This document shows positions 1 to 64,000 of a stretch of 64,000 nt of DNA, piece by piece. The translations under genes were made by a program, and so were the position numbers. Source of the DNA: Octopus vulgaris. Taxonomy: Eukaryota. The notes beneath the pieces were generated by a model, which did not search any database, was not told the origin of the DNA, and worked only from the letters and a program-made list of their open reading frames with translations. The first letter of the stretch is position 1; every line of letters begins with the position of its first letter. The stretch lies in assembly GCA_951406725.2 (NCBI GenBank), contig OX597833.1, positions 9,982,001-10,046,000 on the forward strand, given 5' to 3'.

Positions 1-654
1 GTGAGACTTTTGTATCATCTGCATAACTTGTGATCGTGGCTCTCTGCGTGGCTGAGGGCATGTCTGAGAGGGCCATTATGAACAGTAGTGGTCCCAGAAC
101 AGTGCCCTGCGGAACACCGCTCACTATTTGTGTGTTAATGGAGGTGGCCCCATTGGCTACTACCACCTGACTTCTATCCTTCAGAAAGTCATGAAGCCAT
201 TCTCCCAGTTTTCCAACTATGTTGAGATCACGCAGTTTGTGACATATCATTCCATGATCGACTTTATCAAAGGCCTTTGCAAAGTCGACATATATCACTT
301 CCACATTTGAGTGGTTGAGCAGCCGTTTCAGCACCCAGTCATAGTGTTGTAGGAGCTGAGTTAAACAGCTTCTCCTGGTCGGAAACCATGTTGGGTGTCG
401 GGCAGCAAGTCATTCTCTTCAAGGAAGGTGATCAGCTTCCTTCTGACTATTCGTTCCATGACCTTGCTGATGTGTGAGGTCAGAGAGATAGGTCTATAGT
501 TCTTGGCTTCCGCTCTGCTACCTCCTTTATGAATGGGGCATATTTTACCTTCCTTCAGTTTTCCTGGAAGTTTGCCAGCTGCAAGGAAGCTCTGAAAGAG
601 GAACTGCAGTGGTCTTGCTAGGACTCTCTTACATGCTTTTAGGAGGATTGCCGG

Positions 655-655
<1 letters not shown>
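1..655 (-). mobile_element. LINE (CR1/L2-group) reverse transcriptase fragment, frameshifted
   Basis: PIHKGGSRAEAKNYRPISLTSHISKVMERIV...QHGFRPG, then in another frame DFAKAFDKV, GVPQGTVLGPLLF, YADD. Confidence 0.9.
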
Positions 656-742
<87 letters not shown>

Positions 743-899
743 ACATGCATACAAATACATACATATATATTATACAAACAGACAGGTATTTTGTTGTCAG
801 GTCGTTTTTTTTACCTGATTTGAAGGTTTTTGATATGTGGAATCCATTTTTACATTCCCGTCAAGATTTCAAGATTCTCAGACCCACCAATTATCGCTT

Positions 900-1365
900 G
901 CGGGCGCTACAAGATGGGGCAACAAAGTCGATACACCAAATATCCATGCTTATCTTATAAAGGTGACAGCCGATCCAGAAAAATCATTGGGTGATCAAGA
1001 GATGGCCGCAGAGTCTTTTCATTTGATTGAAGAGCCTTTAGTTCAATCGGAAAAAAAGCAGTTTTTTTAAATTCTGGATAAAGATGTACCATGTTTTCAC
1101 TATATCTGCGGCACATTTCTTGGTCTGAGCAGCGAAAAGATGAAAGCCGGAGTATGTGGTGACCCTGAAAACTAGGATATTTCATGGCCCTCTAATCAGA
1201 AAATTGATGGAAGATGGGTACCCTGTAAATTCAGTGTATTGCATTGAAGAAACAGCAAAGTATTCGTTTGTAAAAGTTGTAATGGACTTTCTGGGCAACA
1301 AGAAAGCATCCAATTATGACGAACAAGTCGACAACATGCTGGAGAACTTTCAAAAGTTGGGAGCA
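900..1365 (+). mobile_element. Degenerate DNA transposase remnant (probably Chapaev/CMC-type)
   Basis: GQQSRYTKYPC..., IFHGPLIRKLM, FVKVVMDFLGNKKASNYDEQVDNMLENFQKLG, with frameshifts; superfamily assigned from memory. Confidence 0.6.
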
Positions 1366-1644
1366 TTAAGCTACAATATTAAGGGCACGCGTGTCTGTGT
1401 TGTGCTCGGCCACTTGCACGTTAATTTCACGAGCAGGCTGAAACCCTCGTCGTCGCAACCGACGGAGTGCCACGATAATTACCCTGACACTGCGGCCTTC
1501 CTGAAGTAGATCCAGCAAAAGCACACTACGACTGCGTATGACAACAGGTAGCTTAAACTGAACCGTTGGTCTATTCATTTTTTAAACACACTAATCCGCT
1601 TATACCTATTAATCCCAAATATTTATAATTATATATATGTTACA

Positions 1645-2062
1645 TCTTTATATATAAAACTGAAGTTTTCTCTGTGTGTGTGTGTGTGTGTGTGTGTGGC
1701 AGGTTTGGTAGCCTTCAACTCACACTATCTCCTACGAGACCCTGCGGCACTAGTTGACCAAAATTGAGAGTATGATAGAAGAAGGCTTGCTCTTCCTTCC
1801 GTAGAAGATAAAATTCAAATTGGACCATGTTAACACCAAAAATTATTTACATCAAAAAGGGGCATTTTTTTTCTATGAAAATCTCTATCTTTTACAATTT
1901 TTTGACTGCTGTGTCGCCATTTTTCGGTGTATTTCAACCAGAAAAATATTCACTTAAAGAGAATAACAAGCTACATAATGCAAAATTTTTACTTTTCAAA
2001 AATTCCAATTCTAAAGGGTCGAAAAGAAAACAAACCCGAGCAACGCCGGGCTATAGTGGTAG
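1645..2062 (+). mobile_element. Non-autonomous Helitron (family copy 1)
   Basis: 5' TC start, 3' hairpin cccgagcaacgccggg then (c/g)tag|t; near-identical to 7161-7545. Confidence 0.7.
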
Positions 2063-2127
2063 TATGTACATAAAATTTCTTATACATATATACATACATA
2101 CATACATACATATACATATATATTATA

Positions 2128-2164
<37 letters not shown>

Positions 2165-2169
2165 GTATG

Positions 2170-2290
<121 letters not shown>

Positions 2291-2713
2291 AAAGTGAGTA
2301 AGACGAAACTTCAAGTCCAATACCATTCTGATGAATTTTATTTTAATGAATATATATATAGTCTCATGCCATCAGAAAATGTTTTGGTTTTTCTACAAAT
2401 TGATTAACAATTTGAAGATATATATGCATATATATATAATGTGTGTGTGTTCATGTATATATATATGAATGTATATATATATATATATATATATACATAT
2501 ATACACATATGTATGTGTATGTATATGTATGTATGTATTTATGTTGCTTTATGCCAACCAAATGAGAAAGGAGAGCTCAATACATGGTCTTTTTAAATTG
2601 AAACTGGCACCGAATGCCACGCCTGAAGATCGCTGTGACATGAAACCCGGGCCGCAAGACAAACTCTCACTTTCAGTTTGAATTTATAAATATATATATA
2701 TATATATATATAA

Positions 2714-2771
<58 letters not shown>

Positions 2772-2857
2772 TATGTATATATGTATGTATATATATGTAT
2801 ATGTATATATATATATGTATATATTTATATATATGTATATTTATATATATATATTTA

Positions 2858-2904
<47 letters not shown>

Positions 2905-3013
2905 ATGTCCTTCTTGGAGAAAAGGACAATTATCAACACATGATTGTGATACGGCGCATGTGTGGTGCATATGTATGTATGCATGTATGTATGCATTTGT
3001 GAGGAGATAAATA

Positions 3014-3045
<32 letters not shown>

Positions 3046-3110
3046 TGCAAATATTTAATTTGTAGTTTGTTCAACATTTTGTTTTGCTTTTAACCGATTC
3101 CGTTTCCTAG

Positions 3111-63600
<60,490 letters not shown>

Positions 63601-63619
63601 GTAAGTGACTATTATCATT

Positions 63620-63750
<131 letters not shown>

Positions 63751-63758
63751 CATCATCA

Positions 63759-63798
<40 letters not shown>

Positions 63799-64000
63799 AG
63801 CAATGCATGCCATCAAAGTGACACTGGGGTAAAATATACGAAGCCCAGTATACCCATCATGGCTACCCGTCTGATAAGGGTACATTAGGCACATGCATCA
63901 CAACCATATGTGCACGACATGGTGATCTCATATCAAGATAAACAGCACATGACCTTGCAGATGGGGCCCAGATAGAATTTTCTTCTGGTCGAGTAACCCA

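Overview
AT-rich, microsatellite-dense animal genomic DNA; the SINE families and repeat make-up suggest an octopus (inference). The window lies inside one large + strand gene. I reconstruct 23 GT-AG exons (3111-63600) with consistent phases, giving about 870 aa with no stops. The protein aligns by eye to the central ARM/RIH regulatory region of an inositol 1,4,5-trisphosphate receptor but looks much more diverged than canonical ITPRs; the start and the channel domain lie outside the window. The introns hold two tRNA-derived SINE families, CR1/RTE/R4-Dong LINE remnants, mariner/hAT MITEs, Helitron-type elements and many fold-back elements. Most notable: (1) one SINE family recurs as one head plus n copies of an exact 184-bp body with identical junctions, and two such arrays are bracketed by target-site duplications; (2) a near-perfect palindrome with 147-bp arms carries a canonical minimal hammerhead ribozyme on each strand; (3) long hairpins and inverted SINE pairs sit next to several exons. 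Almost all ORFs in the supplied track are microsatellite artefacts. All family assignments are from memory of motifs; no searches were run.
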